Assembly (NCBI GenBank): GCA_003971905.1
Contig: RSEE01000044.1
Coordinates: 248,001 to 312,000 of the forward strand
From: Moniliella sp. 'wahieum'
Taxonomy: Eukaryota
Direction of reading: 5' to 3'
DNA length: 64,000 bases
The notes below the pieces were generated by a model. That model was given only the letters and a program-made list of their open reading frames with translations, did no database searches and was not told the DNA's origin. Shown here one piece after another: positions 1 through 14,360 of this stretch. Each line of letters starts with the position of its first letter. Within the stretch, counting starts at the first letter, position 1. The translations under genes and the position numbers were made by a program.

Positions 1-2491
1 AAAGGATAACGGAGCGGGTTCTCTGCCAGCAGGGATTGAACTGGAGGTACAGTGGAGCTTGTGGCTGTTGCGGCGAGAAGAGACAGGGAATGGTGGAAGA
101 CTGAGAAGGAACTTCTGAATTATATATACTGGTCCGGTTTCATCCGAGTCCGACAGCGCAATACAGGATGAAAACGTTGCATTGAGCGTAAGCAGTATCC
201 CGACGGGGGCGAAAGTGGGCGTCGCCTCTTCTCATATTCCCAATGAGGAAGAAGCCAGTTGAACCTACACGATGTGTGGTGAGAGGCAAGAACAAAAGGA
301 GGCCGGGAAAACTCAATGTAATGTATAGTGTGAAGGGCCTCTATAGAAGCAGAGACCTGCAATGGCGACGGCAGGTGGTATAGGCTTACGCCCCATATAC
401 CACACACCCCTTAACGGAAGAGAGCCAACGATCCCGAAAGCAGGCCCAGATATACACGTGTGAACTTCGAACGCCAACAAAAGAAGGCAAAACAGGGTAT
501 ACAAAACCCGTGACATATGTCTGCAATTGGAAGGTCCCACAACACAAGGAAGTCATCATGGCCTCTTCTTGGCCTGCCATGTAAAAATGTACCGCGGTTT
601 TTTGCCTTTGCGGGTGCATGAACGAGATAAACTGTTGGTCCTTTATACTCCGGTTTGTACCTTTGGACCACCATCGTACCTCGATGAGGAGACCTCATCG
701 ACCATTAGCCTCATCCCTCTTCCTCCATTTGTTTGCCCTTCCGCAGCCTGGGACAGTTCAGACAGCCACACCGTAGTCGCCACCACCTCCCCTCGAGGAG
801 AGCAATTATTACCCATTCCATCGAGGATGGTCAATGCGTGAGAAACAACCAACATGCTCTTTGAGCTAGACAGGCACGCGGCTCAGTGTTGAGCCACGGG
901 GTTGTGCAATGGCTCGTGCTTCTGGCCAAGGTCTTTTATGAAGGTCTTTTCAGATCCTATTCAGGCCTAGGAGCATATCGATATGGGTTCTTCTCCCGTT
1001 TGCCTTCCTTTTGTTCCATCCCGTCCCGACGGTTGCGCGGCCTGGATAACTAATGGCATGCTGAAGCGTCGATGTCCCGGCAGGTGTTTGGTTGGGTTTA
1101 AGACCACCACCATCTCACCATTGCACCAATGGTTCGATTGTGTTACCCTCTATAGCCCCCAGGTCGCGTCGTCGGCGCCCAAATCATGCATGCCTGGATA
1201 GCTGTGACTGGTGGTTGGTTGCTGGGGACCGGGGAGGGGATGCCGATGCCGATGAGGCCATGAGCATGTCACACCCATGCCTGCCATGCAGCCATGGCAT
1301 ACAACGGATGACGTTGTGTTTGTAACGCCTCATTTGTCGCTCGCATGGCCATGTGACATGTCAGTCGGATTCCATGCGTTACGCGCATGCGTTACGCGTT
1401 ACGCGTTACGTTATACGTGGTTTTGCGACTTGCTTGCCAGAGTAACTAGCACTAGCAACCAGTAGCACTGGAGCAAGTAGGTACTCAGCACGCGCTCAGC
1501 CGCGCGCGACTCGTGACACGTGACTAGTGACTTGTCACAGTGACTAGTGGCTGACTCGTGACTTGGCGACTAGTACAGCACAGCGCTCGCATGCACAACT
1601 TGCCAGCTAGTTACTAGTCCCTGGCGCTGAGCGCGCTGAGCCGGAGCAGGCCTTCAAGAATGATTAATGACCGGTGATTAATGATTAATGATTAGTGGCC
1701 GCCTCCGGTCTCCATGCCTGTTGCATCGGTCGTGTGTTCGATCAGAAACCGGCTTCGCTTGGGTTGGTGGGGGCTGGTGGGGGTCGATGCCGTCGAAGCG
1801 CGTCGAAGACGCAGAGAAAAAGAAGCCCATCCCGACATCTGCCACACGCGTGACCTCGTCACCACGTCATCAATCAATTCACAACGTCACGCGTCACGCG
1901 TCACCGGTCACATGTCAGGCCGTCAGACTCGGGCCGAAGTGCGGCAGCGTGGCTCTTTTCCGCCTCAGCTGCACTATGCCCACATGCCGCGTAGCACAGC
2001 CTCCCTATTGCGCCGAGCGCCTGGCCGTTCCTGCATCCTGCCGCCCGCTGCCGCATCTGGCGCACCGCACTGCCTCACAGCCACACACAGCCTAGATTGA
2101 TGCATGATGCATGATGATCGATGGCCGATTTTCCTGGCCAGTCCAGCCCAGCGGCCCAGCCCCCACCACGCGCCACGCCGCCTCCCCTGGCAGCACGCCT
2201 GCGTGATGAATATTGAATGGTGGTGGAGATGGGTGATCGAGTGGTTATGATTAGTGATCGATGCCGACGATGACGTACATGGTGCAGACGCGTGGCAAGG
2301 CACACTGGGTGGTGGTGGCGCGGGACGTGTGTGACGCGTGTCATGTGACATGTGACAGGTGGTGCCGAAGCTGCCGGGTGCCCAGCAGTGCGCAGCGCCC
2401 TGCGCACAGCACCTGTAGCACGGACCATGTCTGCGCGTGCGCCCTTCTTCTTCGTTCCCACCCGCCTTCTTCTCCGGCGGGACGAGGTGCT

Positions 2492-2498
2492 TATATAG
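2492..2498 (+). promoter_or_regulatory. TATA-box-like element upstream of the SYG-repeat gene
   Basis: TATATAG about 100 bp before ATG 2595, followed by a pyrimidine-rich (CTCAC)n leader at 2521-2560. Confidence 0.5.
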
Positions 2499-2594
2499 CC
2501 CCCCTCCCACACAGTTGCCTCCACCTCACCTCACCTCACCTCACCTCACCCCACCTCACCACCTGTCCACCTGACCAGTACCCGCTTCTTCATC

Positions 2595-3846
2595 ATGGGC
2601 CTCTTTGACCAAGTGCGTTCCTTGCCCCCCCCCTCTCCCCCGCGCGCTCGTCCAATCCTAACCCGCTGCCCAAATAGGCTAAGGACTTCGCTCTGAACCA
2701 GGCTGAAAACATGGCCGCCCAAAAGCTGGGTGTTGACCCTAGCACCTTTGGTGGCAACAGCAACAACAGCTCTTACGGGAACAGCAGCAGCAACAACAAC
2801 TCCAGCTCCTACGGCAACAACAACTCTGACTCGTACGGCAGCAACAACAACAACTCTGACGCGTACGGCAGCAACAACAACAACTCCAGCTCCTACGGGA
2901 ACAACAACTCTGACTCGTACGGTAACAACAACAACTCGGACTCGTACGGCAACAACAACTCCAGCTCCTACGGGAACAACAACTCTGACTCGTACGGTAA
3001 CAACAACAACTCGGACTCGTACGGCAGTAACAACAACACTCGTACGGCTCCTCCAACGACAACTCTGGTCGCAAGCACCACAAGAAGGACGATGACAACT
3101 CGTACGGCAACAACAACTCCTCGTCCTTCGGCAACGACAACTCCTACGGGAACAGTAACAACAACAGCTCGTCGTTTGGCAACAACGACAACTCGTACGG
3201 CAACAACAACTCTGACTCGTATGGCAACAACGACAACTCGTACGGCAACAACAACTCTGACTCGTACGGCAACAGCAACAACAACTCCTACGGCAACAAT
3301 AACTCTGACTCGTACGGCAGCGGCAACAACAACTCTGACTCGTACGGCAGCAGCAACAACAACAACAACAACTCCTACGGCTCCAACTCGGACTCGTTTG
3401 GTGGCAACAACAACAACAACTACGGCTCCTCTGACAATGATGACTCGGGCCGCAAACACCACCACCACAAGAAGGACGATGACAACTCGTACGGCGGCAA
3501 CAACAACTCGTACGGCGGCAACGACTCGTACGGCGGCAACGACTCGTACGGCAACAACAACAACTCGAGCTCGTACGGAAACTCCAACTCCGATTCGTAC
3601 GGCAACAACAACAACAGCAACTCGTACGGGAACAACAACTCGGATTCGTACGGGAGCAAGAACTCCGATTCGTACGGGAACAACAACAACTCGTACGGCA
3701 ACTCCAACTCGGACTCGTACGGCAACAACAACTCGTACGGCAACTCCAACTCCGACTCGTACGGCAACAACAACAGCTCGTACGGCAACTCCAACTCTGA
3801 CTCGTACGGGAACAACAACAACAACTCGTACGGCAACGACTTTTAA
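2595..3846 (+). CDS. Asn/Ser/Gly/Tyr/Asp-rich low-complexity repeat protein (SYG-N repeats)
   Basis: ATG 2595 (MGLFDQ), intron 2613-2677 (GTGCGT..CCTAAC..TAG), exon 2 in frame with ATG 2711. About 40 [S/A][Y/F]G motifs separated by N-runs. An apparent 1-nt deletion near 3038 throws the ORF track into the Thr-rich frame; the true frame ends SYGNDF-TAA at 3846. Confidence 0.85.
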
Positions 3847-4046
3847 GTCACAAATGTGCCTGGTCTTACTCTGCCCATTAAGTGACTTGTGTTTATTCCC
3901 CATATACTATGCATTGCATTGCTCGGTCGGGCGCACCATCGCGACTCAATTGTCAACGAAACAGGAAAACTTGAATTGCGTAGTAGGCCCACTGTAGAAC
4001 TGTAGAGGGCCGACCAAGGGTCCCCCTTTGAACTTGGAACCATGCA

Positions 4047-4836
4047 TCATGTGAGCCGTGGGTAGTAGGAACGGCCAGGGGAAACCTCCGGGCAAATGAT
4101 CCACAGGGGCCCTCTGCCATTACCTGGTAACATCCACCTCAATGGTTCCCATATTTTCCAAGCAGTCCGCAAGAGGGGACGCCTGACCAACAAGTCGAGC
4201 AACACGGCGGGCATCTGATCAACGGGAGACGGCCGCGCGTCAAAAGTCACCCCGCCGTATCGAGGGGGGTGCAGATAGTACCAGTCCTCAGCTATCTCGA
4301 TGCCCATCACACACTTGTCCACCGAGAGAGCGCATCGAGGAAAAGCACGGCGTGCGCTCAAAGCGATCCTGCGCTACCTCCGCATCGAGACGTTCCTTGG
4401 CAATGCGTACGGCATCCTCCAATGTTCCATCTTCGTCATGCTGGTCTGCCCGGTCAGCGAACCATATTGGATACTACTCACAGTGGTAGGCACACCACAC
4501 ACACACAACCACTGAAAGAAGAGGACAAGGAAAGAATTAGGTTCAGCGTACCTCCCACGGGACAAACCTGAAGGTGCTAGCTTGATCCAGCTCTAGCGGT
4601 TCTTCGGTTTCTGGGAAAAAATAGGTGGTGGCCAAGCCTTTGGGTCCGCGCAGAAACGCATCTGCTTCAGGCGAAATGGCCTCTGGCCGACGGGTGAGGT
4701 AGAAGATCGTTACCCCATCCGCGGTGTTCGGATCGGGGCCAAACACACCCCCGGCCATGTAGCTGTACACGCCTTCAACCTTGCCCTCCTTGTTCGCGTC
4801 TGGGGATGAGGGGGAGGGAGCAGAGTCGTGGGACAT
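4047..4836 (-). CDS. hypothetical protein (probably spliced and frameshifted)
   Basis: Protein-like ORF 4543-4836 ending at a GTACGC donor-like site; protein-like downstream pieces (DEDGTLEDAVRIAKERLDAE.., EDWYYLHPPRYGG..). No family recognised. Confidence 0.4.
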
Positions 4837-5813
4837 GGTGGACGTGGGATACCGAAGCGGGATGGTCGATGGTCGATGGAATGGAACCGAGGTTAAATAC
4901 GTTTTGTTGCAAGGGGCAGAACAGAGTGGGGTTACCGGTTACCGGTTACGACCAAGAAATAGGCTTCACCTTATCGACCTTTTATCGGCCTCTTCAATAG
5001 GTGCCATGCGGCGGCTTGCGGCTTTTGGCGCCAAGGCCCCTTTGGCCCCTCTTCAGTCCGATTATGTTTCGGAGCTCCAAGGGGGCGTTTCCGAAGTGTT
5101 GTGGGTTGGCGAGTCCGAAGGCGGATATCCACCTTGAAGCTCTTGAAGCTTAAAGCTTGAAGTTTGAAGCTTGATGGCCATCTCATGCGTCAGATCCACT
5201 TTCAGGCCTCGGGACTCCGGACCCCACAGGTCTGCCCCTGTTCTAGCTGGACGTGCCGGCGTACAGGGTTACACGTCACTGGACGCTGCTGGTTCTTTCC
5301 AGGCGTGACCGATTGCGATCATGTGATCAAGGACGAAACTCTTCTTTTTTACTTCCAGGCGTGCCAATCGCTCATCGATCCTAGGCATGACTCAATCAGT
5401 TGCTTGTTTTCCGTAATGCTGTTACTGTTCCCAGCAGATCTTCTCTGCCCTATGCGCTTCGCCTCTACTAACAACGCCTCACATATCATCCCTACCTCAT
5501 TTGCAAATCTTGGGTCTCGAAAATGTGAAAATGATGAGACCTGGAGTCAAAATGGTCGTCAGGGTGATGCAAACGTACCAGTGCCAGGTGCTGGTATTGG
5601 ACGCGGTCGAAACCAACTGACAACACCTACAAAGAAACCACATCAACCAGCCAGTCGCCATAAGGGGATAGGCCGCGGAACAAGGAAACGGAAATGAGAA
5701 AACAATGGAGAACTCTAGGCCTGAGAAAGGACTGAAGGGACGTTGGCCGAAATCCAGGATCCACCTGCGGTGGATCAACAAAAAAACGTTGCATGTTCTC
5801 GTGATTCCCAGGG

Positions 5814-6988
<1,175 letters not shown>

Positions 6989-9900
6989 GAGTATGGGTGG
7001 GTATGGTATGGGGGGGGGGAGAGTGCAAAGGTGAACACGAAAGCAGAAGAAGTTGGGTGCAACAAGGTAAAGTCGTTGGGCTGGTGGGCCGCGTTTTATG
7101 CGAGTACTAACTGGCCACTGGCTGCTATTGGAGGTGCCAACTCATCAGGCCGATGCTACATGCTATAGCCTCAGCCTCAGCGCCTCAGCCCCCTCGGGCA
7201 AGAGCCCGAGCGCCTGAGCGTAGGTCACCAGTCAGCTGACCCCGCTGAGAACCAGGCACGCAGTGCGGAGCTCGAGGGACGTGGCGTGGTATGGCGGGTG
7301 TGATCGGTGAGGGCGTGACGTGAAGTGATTAATCCCGATTACCTCGATGATCGATGAGATCGATGATCGATGACCGGCCACAAGTGGCCGACCCAACTCC
7401 CAGCAAAGGAATACCGCTGAACAAGTACTGAACGTTGAACATTGAACGGCTATAACGGCCGTAGGGGGTGTTCTGACCCGAAATCACAATTCGCATCACG
7501 CGGGGCTTGGCTGGTCTGGGCGGCTGCGAGGCTCGATGCCCGCGGTCGCATTAAACCTTGAACCGACGGGAGGGGCAGAATAGGACTGGTGTTCTGGTTG
7601 AACAATGTGGTTATACCGTTTGCGCGACGCTTACGTCCGGCCCACCGATGCGCCACTCAAGGTGGAACGGAGATAAAGAATGCTCCACTTACATACGCGA
7701 TCACGCGTTACATGCACACATCATGTTGCTCCACTCGTCCTCAGTTATTCATGCACCGATCTCCCTGAGCGCCTGAGCGCCTGAGCGCCTGAGCGCCGAG
7801 CACCTGAGGCTCCGGATTCACCAGCTCGCGTCCCCTATCATTGGTGCCCCTTCGACAAGCAAAAGGGCCGCGGCGGTTCATGTCGCAACTGCTCATATCG
7901 CCGCCGGGGCATTGCAACATTGCACACTGAACATTTGACAGAGCTGCCGGGTCGTCACGCACGACGGTGTGAGATACTCTTGCGGCGCCCCCACCAGCAG
8001 TCGCCAGCATTCCTCTGCGCCCCGCGGCCCATCCACAGCCCCATCGGTCGTCCCGCGTCACCGCGTCACCCCCTTTCCGCCCGATGCGGTCATCCTCCCC
8101 TGGCCACACCCCTTCTCCCGAGCGATGCGCTGAGCCATGCAGAGCCCCTCCTTCCCGCCGCGTCCCGGCTCCGACGGGGCCAGAGCCACTGAGCAAGGGC
8201 GAACGCCTCTGGATCGCGCGCTGCTGTTGCGACGTTGCTCTCTCTACCGCTGCGGCAGTCTTGATTTCGTCTGACGTGTGATTCTGTCCTGATTTGGGAA
8301 GGGGGGGGAGTGGTTACCGGTTACCGGCCCATGGATTCTTTCCACCGCAGTCTCCTCGTGCGCCTTGGACCGCGCCGCGGACTGCCGTTCAACGTGCACC
8401 TTGGTGGCCGTTTGCTTGCGTTTCGGCTTTCGGCAGCGACCGCTGTTTGGTGTTGGAGGAATTGCCGCTCAATTCGCACCTGTTCAGTTACCATCCTCCG
8501 GCCCTGCTAGCCAGCCACGTGCCATGAAAGTGACCCCCAAGGTTCCGTGCGAACCAGGGAACATGTTCGGGGAGCTTGCGATGCCGTGAGTGCATGTCGT
8601 TTCTTGGGCCATGCTTGGCCAATCTCGTCTTGCTGTGCGGGCTTTCTGAGATGGAGGGGGATAGAGGGGAACGCGTAGCTGGCATTGTTACTCTTTCATT
8701 ACCACACAGAGGGCCATCGAGCCTACGATCGGCTTGGGTGTTGTAAGGTCCCCCTCGATGATGGTCCGCTGTTCCTCCACCGTTCCTCCGCTGTCCTTCA
8801 TCACGCGACGCACAGTATCACCAGCGAATCCTCCATTGCCGTCCTCACCCCAGAGGTCCCAGCAAGCTTGCACAGATTCCACCCTGTGGGAAACAGAAGA
8901 TGTGGGGGCAAGGTAGACGATGTGCTGGGCGAGAGTGACGCGTTCATCTTTATGAAGGTTCGACGAGGCCGACGGGAGACAAAACCCCCTTGGGTAGGAA
9001 GGACGATTCGCATGGAAGGATTCTCGCTTGGGACTTTACGAGTACGTTGCGCCCCAAGCGCACTACGGGCCAACGGGCCAATGATTACATCTTACTCCAC
9101 TGTTGTTGCCCCCACGGACGCGTACATTGCGAACGCTTTACGATACAGAGCCAGCACTGTAGGAAGATGTGGGAGGATCTGCAGGTGCTACTGTAGAAGA
9201 ACTTTAACGGAGCCGACGGTTGTATTGTGGTTGATGATTGATGAGGAAGAAGCAAGGTTCAACTGTACACTTGGATTTCCTCGGTGGCAAGAAACGGTCA
9301 AAATAGGTAGCCTGTGCGGGCTACATCCGGTTTGGGAGCGAATGGCGGGCGCCAGAGCGGCCTGACTTGCTATCGGCTCCTCTGACGGTTTCCTAAACGG
9401 GTTTGGCGCCAACAAGGACAACATGCCGGATGCGCAGGTCGGTTTATATTAGGCGCACTGCTGTTTCGTTGTCCCACCCTTTAGCTCTGGGAATGAGATA
9501 TGACTACAGTACAGCTTCACCGTAGTGGAGCCCACACCGCCAATAGTAGGCTGAGGGCCCCACGTCAGTACCCTCCACGCTTGCATACTACAGAAAAATG
9601 AACAACTAACCGTCGGCTCGCCGCAAACACCCTCCTTTTGGCTTACTTTTTTGTTCACCATCCCCCCACCTGGTAGTACATAGTAGGGGCGCACCCTCGT
9701 GTCCAAGTCCGCAAGCATACGATTGATGATGTACAATAATCAACAGAACCAACATTCTGCTCTTTGCTGCTCAAGAGCGCGGCTGGGGAAGGGTACAGGT
9801 AAAGAACAAAGTTTGAGAAGACAGGAACAGAGTCGCAACATAGACATATACAAGAGAGAGGCCACACACACCAGAGTCATTGATCACGTTGACCAACGTA

Positions 9901-10029
9901 GGATCAACGTGATCAACATCAATCAACAGCATATCGAGAAGAAAAAAAAAACAGCAGGAACCAAAAAGGAAAGACGGCTTGAAGTGGTGCACACCACGTA
10001 CGACGTTCATCAACTTCATCGCATCCCGT

Positions 10030-13000
10030 TCATCCATCATCGCGTCCCTCAACGTTGCTCAGGAAGCTAGATGGCCCAGGACCACTGGATGGGCACCCAC
10101 AGGCGACCGCGGAGCTTCCTGGACCTCGGTCGTACCGGACCGCTGCGCGCCTGCAGTCTCCGATTGGCCGATGCCGAGGGGAAGCCAATAGGTACCGATG
10201 CTCCTTCTCGTCCTCTTCGGTGCACTTGCCCAACCTCGGTGTTGCCAGCCGCGCACGAGGCGCCGAGGAAGGTACGCCCACCACCGACGTGGCGGGGGAA
10301 CTCGTCATGCCCATGCCGTGGCGGCAAGTGGTCTACCGTGCACTGGCTGGATCCTATGCTCGGACTCGGACTTGGACTCGGGCTGGCGCATGAACTGGAC
10401 CCTGGCGTCCTGGCTCGTACAGGGGGGGAGGGAGCGTGCCAACGCCTTGGGCCGGGCGAGGTGGGCGCCCGGGGGGTACGCCCAGAGAAGCAACCGGGTT
10501 GGAGGTGGGTGTGGGTGGGATGTGGATGTGGAGTGGATGTGGAGGTGGATGTGGGTTGGGGTTGGGTGGCCGACGGGACGTTGACCAGACGGGCGAGTGG
10601 GCCGAGGCAGGCCACCGTGGTCGTGTGCGCGGGCCGAGCGATGTGCCGGCCGCCGTAGGCGTACGAAGAAGCGAGCTCGATATTGGCCACATGGGCGTGG
10701 GGAACAAGGTGGAGCCGCCCATGCCTCGGAGCGGAGTGGGGCGGGACGGGTAGGAGCAAGTCCCCAGTGGCCCGGGGTGGGGGTGTGGGGCACAGACTTC
10801 CCCCCCGACCCGGAACGCGTTACGGTCGAAGGGATCGGTCGGTCCACAGGGCCGGTCGGGCTAAGGGTAAGCGAGAAGGGGTGGAAAGGTCGGTGACAAG
10901 TTCAGCTTTGTCCGCCTCGTCCGTCTCGTCTGTCTCGTCCGTCTCGCACACCGGTTCGGATCCAAGTGCACGTTCCCCGCTCGCCGACACGTACGCTCCG
11001 AAAGGGACAGCGATGAGGACAGCTTGCTAGGCGCAGAGCAGACCCGTTCGGTCCCGCACCTCCCCCTCGCGAGGGCGGGAAGACGAAGCGCACCATTCGT
11101 CCTGCAGTAACGTCAAGCTGTCGGAATCAGGTTCGGCGTCCTGGCCTTCCACCAGCCCACAGCTCAGTGACAGGTCCGCTGCATCCCTTGCCCACGCAAC
11201 GCCCGCGCTCGTGCACGTGCCGTGTACACAGGCCCTTGGAACGTGTGACCCAGCGGTGGGGTCAAAGGTGGACCAAGAGGCGGCATGGCTGCCACCTGGC
11301 CAAGCGCAGACGAGCTCCAGAGAGGTTGAAGCGCCGTCGCGATCGCTTTGCGTGCCAAGGGCGATCCAGGAGATTGAGGCATCCGTCCCCCTCGCCCTGG
11401 AGCGGGGGAGAAACGGGCTTGTCCTCGGTTCCGGTTCCGGTTCCGGGTCCGGCAAAGGTGCGAAGGTCAGACTCTTCCATCAAGATCCCCGTGGTACGGA
11501 GGTACAACGGCGTGGCGGGGCTATATGCCGACCAGGGTGCGCTCACCATCCACGATGGAAGCGAGGGCGTGGTGGGGCTGTGAGCCGAAGTGGAGCGAGC
11601 CTGGCCGGAAAAGGGAGTGGTCGACCGAAGAGCTGGATGCGGAGGCGGGGGTGATATGATGGCACTAGGGTGGGTACAAGTACCATTCGGTTCCGAATGG
11701 TTTGGCTTGCGACGCACGTTGCACCCAGCGCAAAACCACAGCAAATCAACATTCTCCTCACTGTTGAACTCAACGCACGCTTGGTGGAACCAGCACTGGC
11801 AGCCATCACATAGGACCATAGGTCCCACGTGGTCCGGCAAACCACACACGCAATCGCCCCGTTCGTCCCCCCGACCCGAACGGGTGCGGCTGAGGGACAA
11901 GTCGACTCGGAGTCGGACTCCGAGTCGGTATGGGAACCAAGACGGTCCCATACGTTGCGCGAAGTAGATCGGGAGCGAAGCGGGAGGCTGAGCGGGAGAG
12001 GCGTTGGCCGATCGTATACCACGTACCGGTCTCGGCCCATAGGCGTGCGCGGAGGCACACCACGTCGGCGCTTGGACGTTCGAGAGCGGTCTCCTGCTGT
12101 GAGGCCGAGAGACGAGGTGTGCACGGAACGGAGCTGTCCATGCGCCCACCTTGCCTGGCTCGCTTCCGCTCCGCCACAGTCACGTCCCAAGCACGCCGCG
12201 ATAAGACGTGTGCAACCATGGGGTGCAAGCCGTATCCGGAGAGGCTCGCAAGCATGTACCCGAGGCGGGCGGACGCGGGTCGGAGGCAGGTGGCACCGTG
12301 GAGCTTGGGTCGTTTGGCTGATCCGGGTCCATGGTTAGGATCCAGCTCGGTTTCCTTCGCCGTAGGCTGCACTTCAGGTTCCTTTTCTTGACAGGTGTTA
12401 GCGCTGGGGGTAAAATGCGGGAAGCGCCATGCAGCCCGTAGTCAGGCGGCACGGTCGCATCGTCCTCATCGCTGCCAACAAGCCAAGAGGAAATGTGGGC
12501 TAGAAGAGCAGACCGAGAAACCACGTTGGGCCCATTGGTTGATCCGCTTCCGCGGGCCAATGTAATGTTGGTCCATGGCGAGGAAGGGAAGTTGCAGGCT
12601 GGCGGCACAGGAGGCACGACAACGTTCACGGCGTGCGAGTAGGTTGGCTGACCTACCGAGGGTCAAGCACAGGGGGTACTCGAGCTCCGACTCGGTCGGC
12701 ACGGTCGATCCCACCATGCGGGGGAAAGAAGGTGCAAACGGGGGTGAGGAGGCACCATTGTGGGAGCTTGGTGCTTTTGGACGGAGCACCGAGGCCAGGT
12801 GGAAGAGACAGAGCGGCAGGGGCGAGGATGCGGCCCACAGCATCCAGCGTGACGGGGGGAGTGTCGCCGGCGGTCATGCGCGGGCGAATGGGGTGGGAAT
12901 AGAATGGGAAGGCTGCAGGAGCGTGCCCCTGCTTCGCTTGTCGTCGTCCGCGCTGGCGCCAGTGGGGACGGTAGGCGGAGGGGGAGAAGGAGTGGGGGAG

Positions 13001-13301
13001 CGGGCGGGGGGGACCTCTGCGGCCTGCGAGCAAGGCGGCGTCGAGGAGGAGGCAGGAGCGAGTCGAGGCCAGGAGGCGGTGGGCACCGCACGGCCGTTTG
13101 GACGCGAGAGCAGCACAGGTGATGCGTGGGCGCGGGTGCGGGGCAGTGGAGGTGCGGGAGGGGGCGATGGTGTCGGTGGGCCGCTCGTCGTCGCCGAGGC
13201 CGAAGTGGAGACAGAGGCGGCGGCCGTGGGGGGGTTGGAGCGGGCAGGACGCGGACGACGCGCTGGACAGCCGGCGGGGCGCCACCCGGCGGGTCGGCCA
13301 T
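10030..13301 (-). CDS. PHD-finger-containing, largely disordered protein (boundaries approximate)
   Basis: C4HC3 PHD finger CVCGLPDHVGPMVLCDGCQCWFHQACV..WFCAGC at 11721-11852. Flanking Pro/Ser-rich ORF fragments on the same strand; candidate ATG at 13301 (MADPPGG). Confidence 0.65.
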
Positions 13302-14360
13302 GGCGGAAAAGGAGGAAGAGGAGGAAAGGGCGGTGGTGACGGAGCTGCGGACGGGGGAAAGACAATGTTTACAGCGAGCAAAATCGCAGCCAGCAAAAAC
13401 GCGCTCCAGGGAAGCAGACGCGTCCGAGTCGCGTGCCAGCGCGGGGTTGCTGCCGCGTGCCCAGTCGCGTCCTCGCGTCCTGCCGCGTCCGGTCGCGTCC
13501 CGCCCGCGAGTTGACGCGACGCGTTCGCGCTCGCATCTGCATCAGACATCACGCCTTCCGCCGCACGGACACTTCCCATATGCCTTGCTGGACGGGATGG
13601 ATGATGCCTGCCATCTCGGCACTAGGGTTGCTGACCCGGAGCTCGGAACTGGGTCCCGCGTTTTGCGGAGGTGAGGCGCACCGAAACGTTCAATATTCAA
13701 TGTGTTTCGTTTTCAAATTTCACCAGCCCATCTCTCCCATGGGGTCAACAGGTCACAGTCCCAGTCGTCCTCAGCCAGTCGCTTGTCTATCTCCTTGGCC
13801 AGCTGATACGCTGGCCTCAGGCCCCATCGTCCTACCGTAATGCGCGCCTGGCCTTCCCGGCCCACCACCCACCCAATATCGGAGGCCAACAGGCGACGCG
13901 CACTGCATGCGGTCCTCTATGCCGCTGTGCTGATGACAAGATAGTCTCCCATGCTCTGTGCCGGTTGAGCAGGTAGGTAGTCGTCTAGGGTACTACAGCA
14001 TGGTCGAGCTCCCGCCCCCACCCCACTCTGGCAGCCATTGCTGTTTCACGGCCACCCGCCGAGCTCTTCTCATATAAGCATCAAGCATGCCACACATCGA
14101 AAGCCTGATAACGTAGAGAGAGGAAAAAGGTATTTGGTTGGATAAACGAGAAAGAAAGGACTTTTGGTTCCACGTGTTTGGAGGTGCAAGGCCGGTGCCG
14201 AGCTAGGCCACAACAGTGTGGGCTGGAAACGGAACAGAAGCAAACGACCCATGCAGGCCAGAAACAAAAACGCTAGAGAGGGACCAGTGGAACCAGAAAA
14301 GAGCGAATAAACGGGTAGTAAAAAAAAAAAAACACCGCCAAGGCGGCCGCGACCAGCGCC

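Noticed and set aside
2760..3840. CRISPR-like or telomeric repeat array
   Set aside because: Repeats are codon-phased, have no unique spacers, and the context is eukaryotic coding sequence.
2968..3997. Thr-rich plus-strand ORF tail and Val-rich or PYE-repeat antisense ORFs
   Set aside because: Alternative-frame shadows of the AAC/TCGTACGGC repeats of the SYG protein.
8294..9736. Possible gene(s), including the 226-aa ORF at 8685-9365
   Set aside because: No recognisable motif, consistent codon pattern or splice structure.
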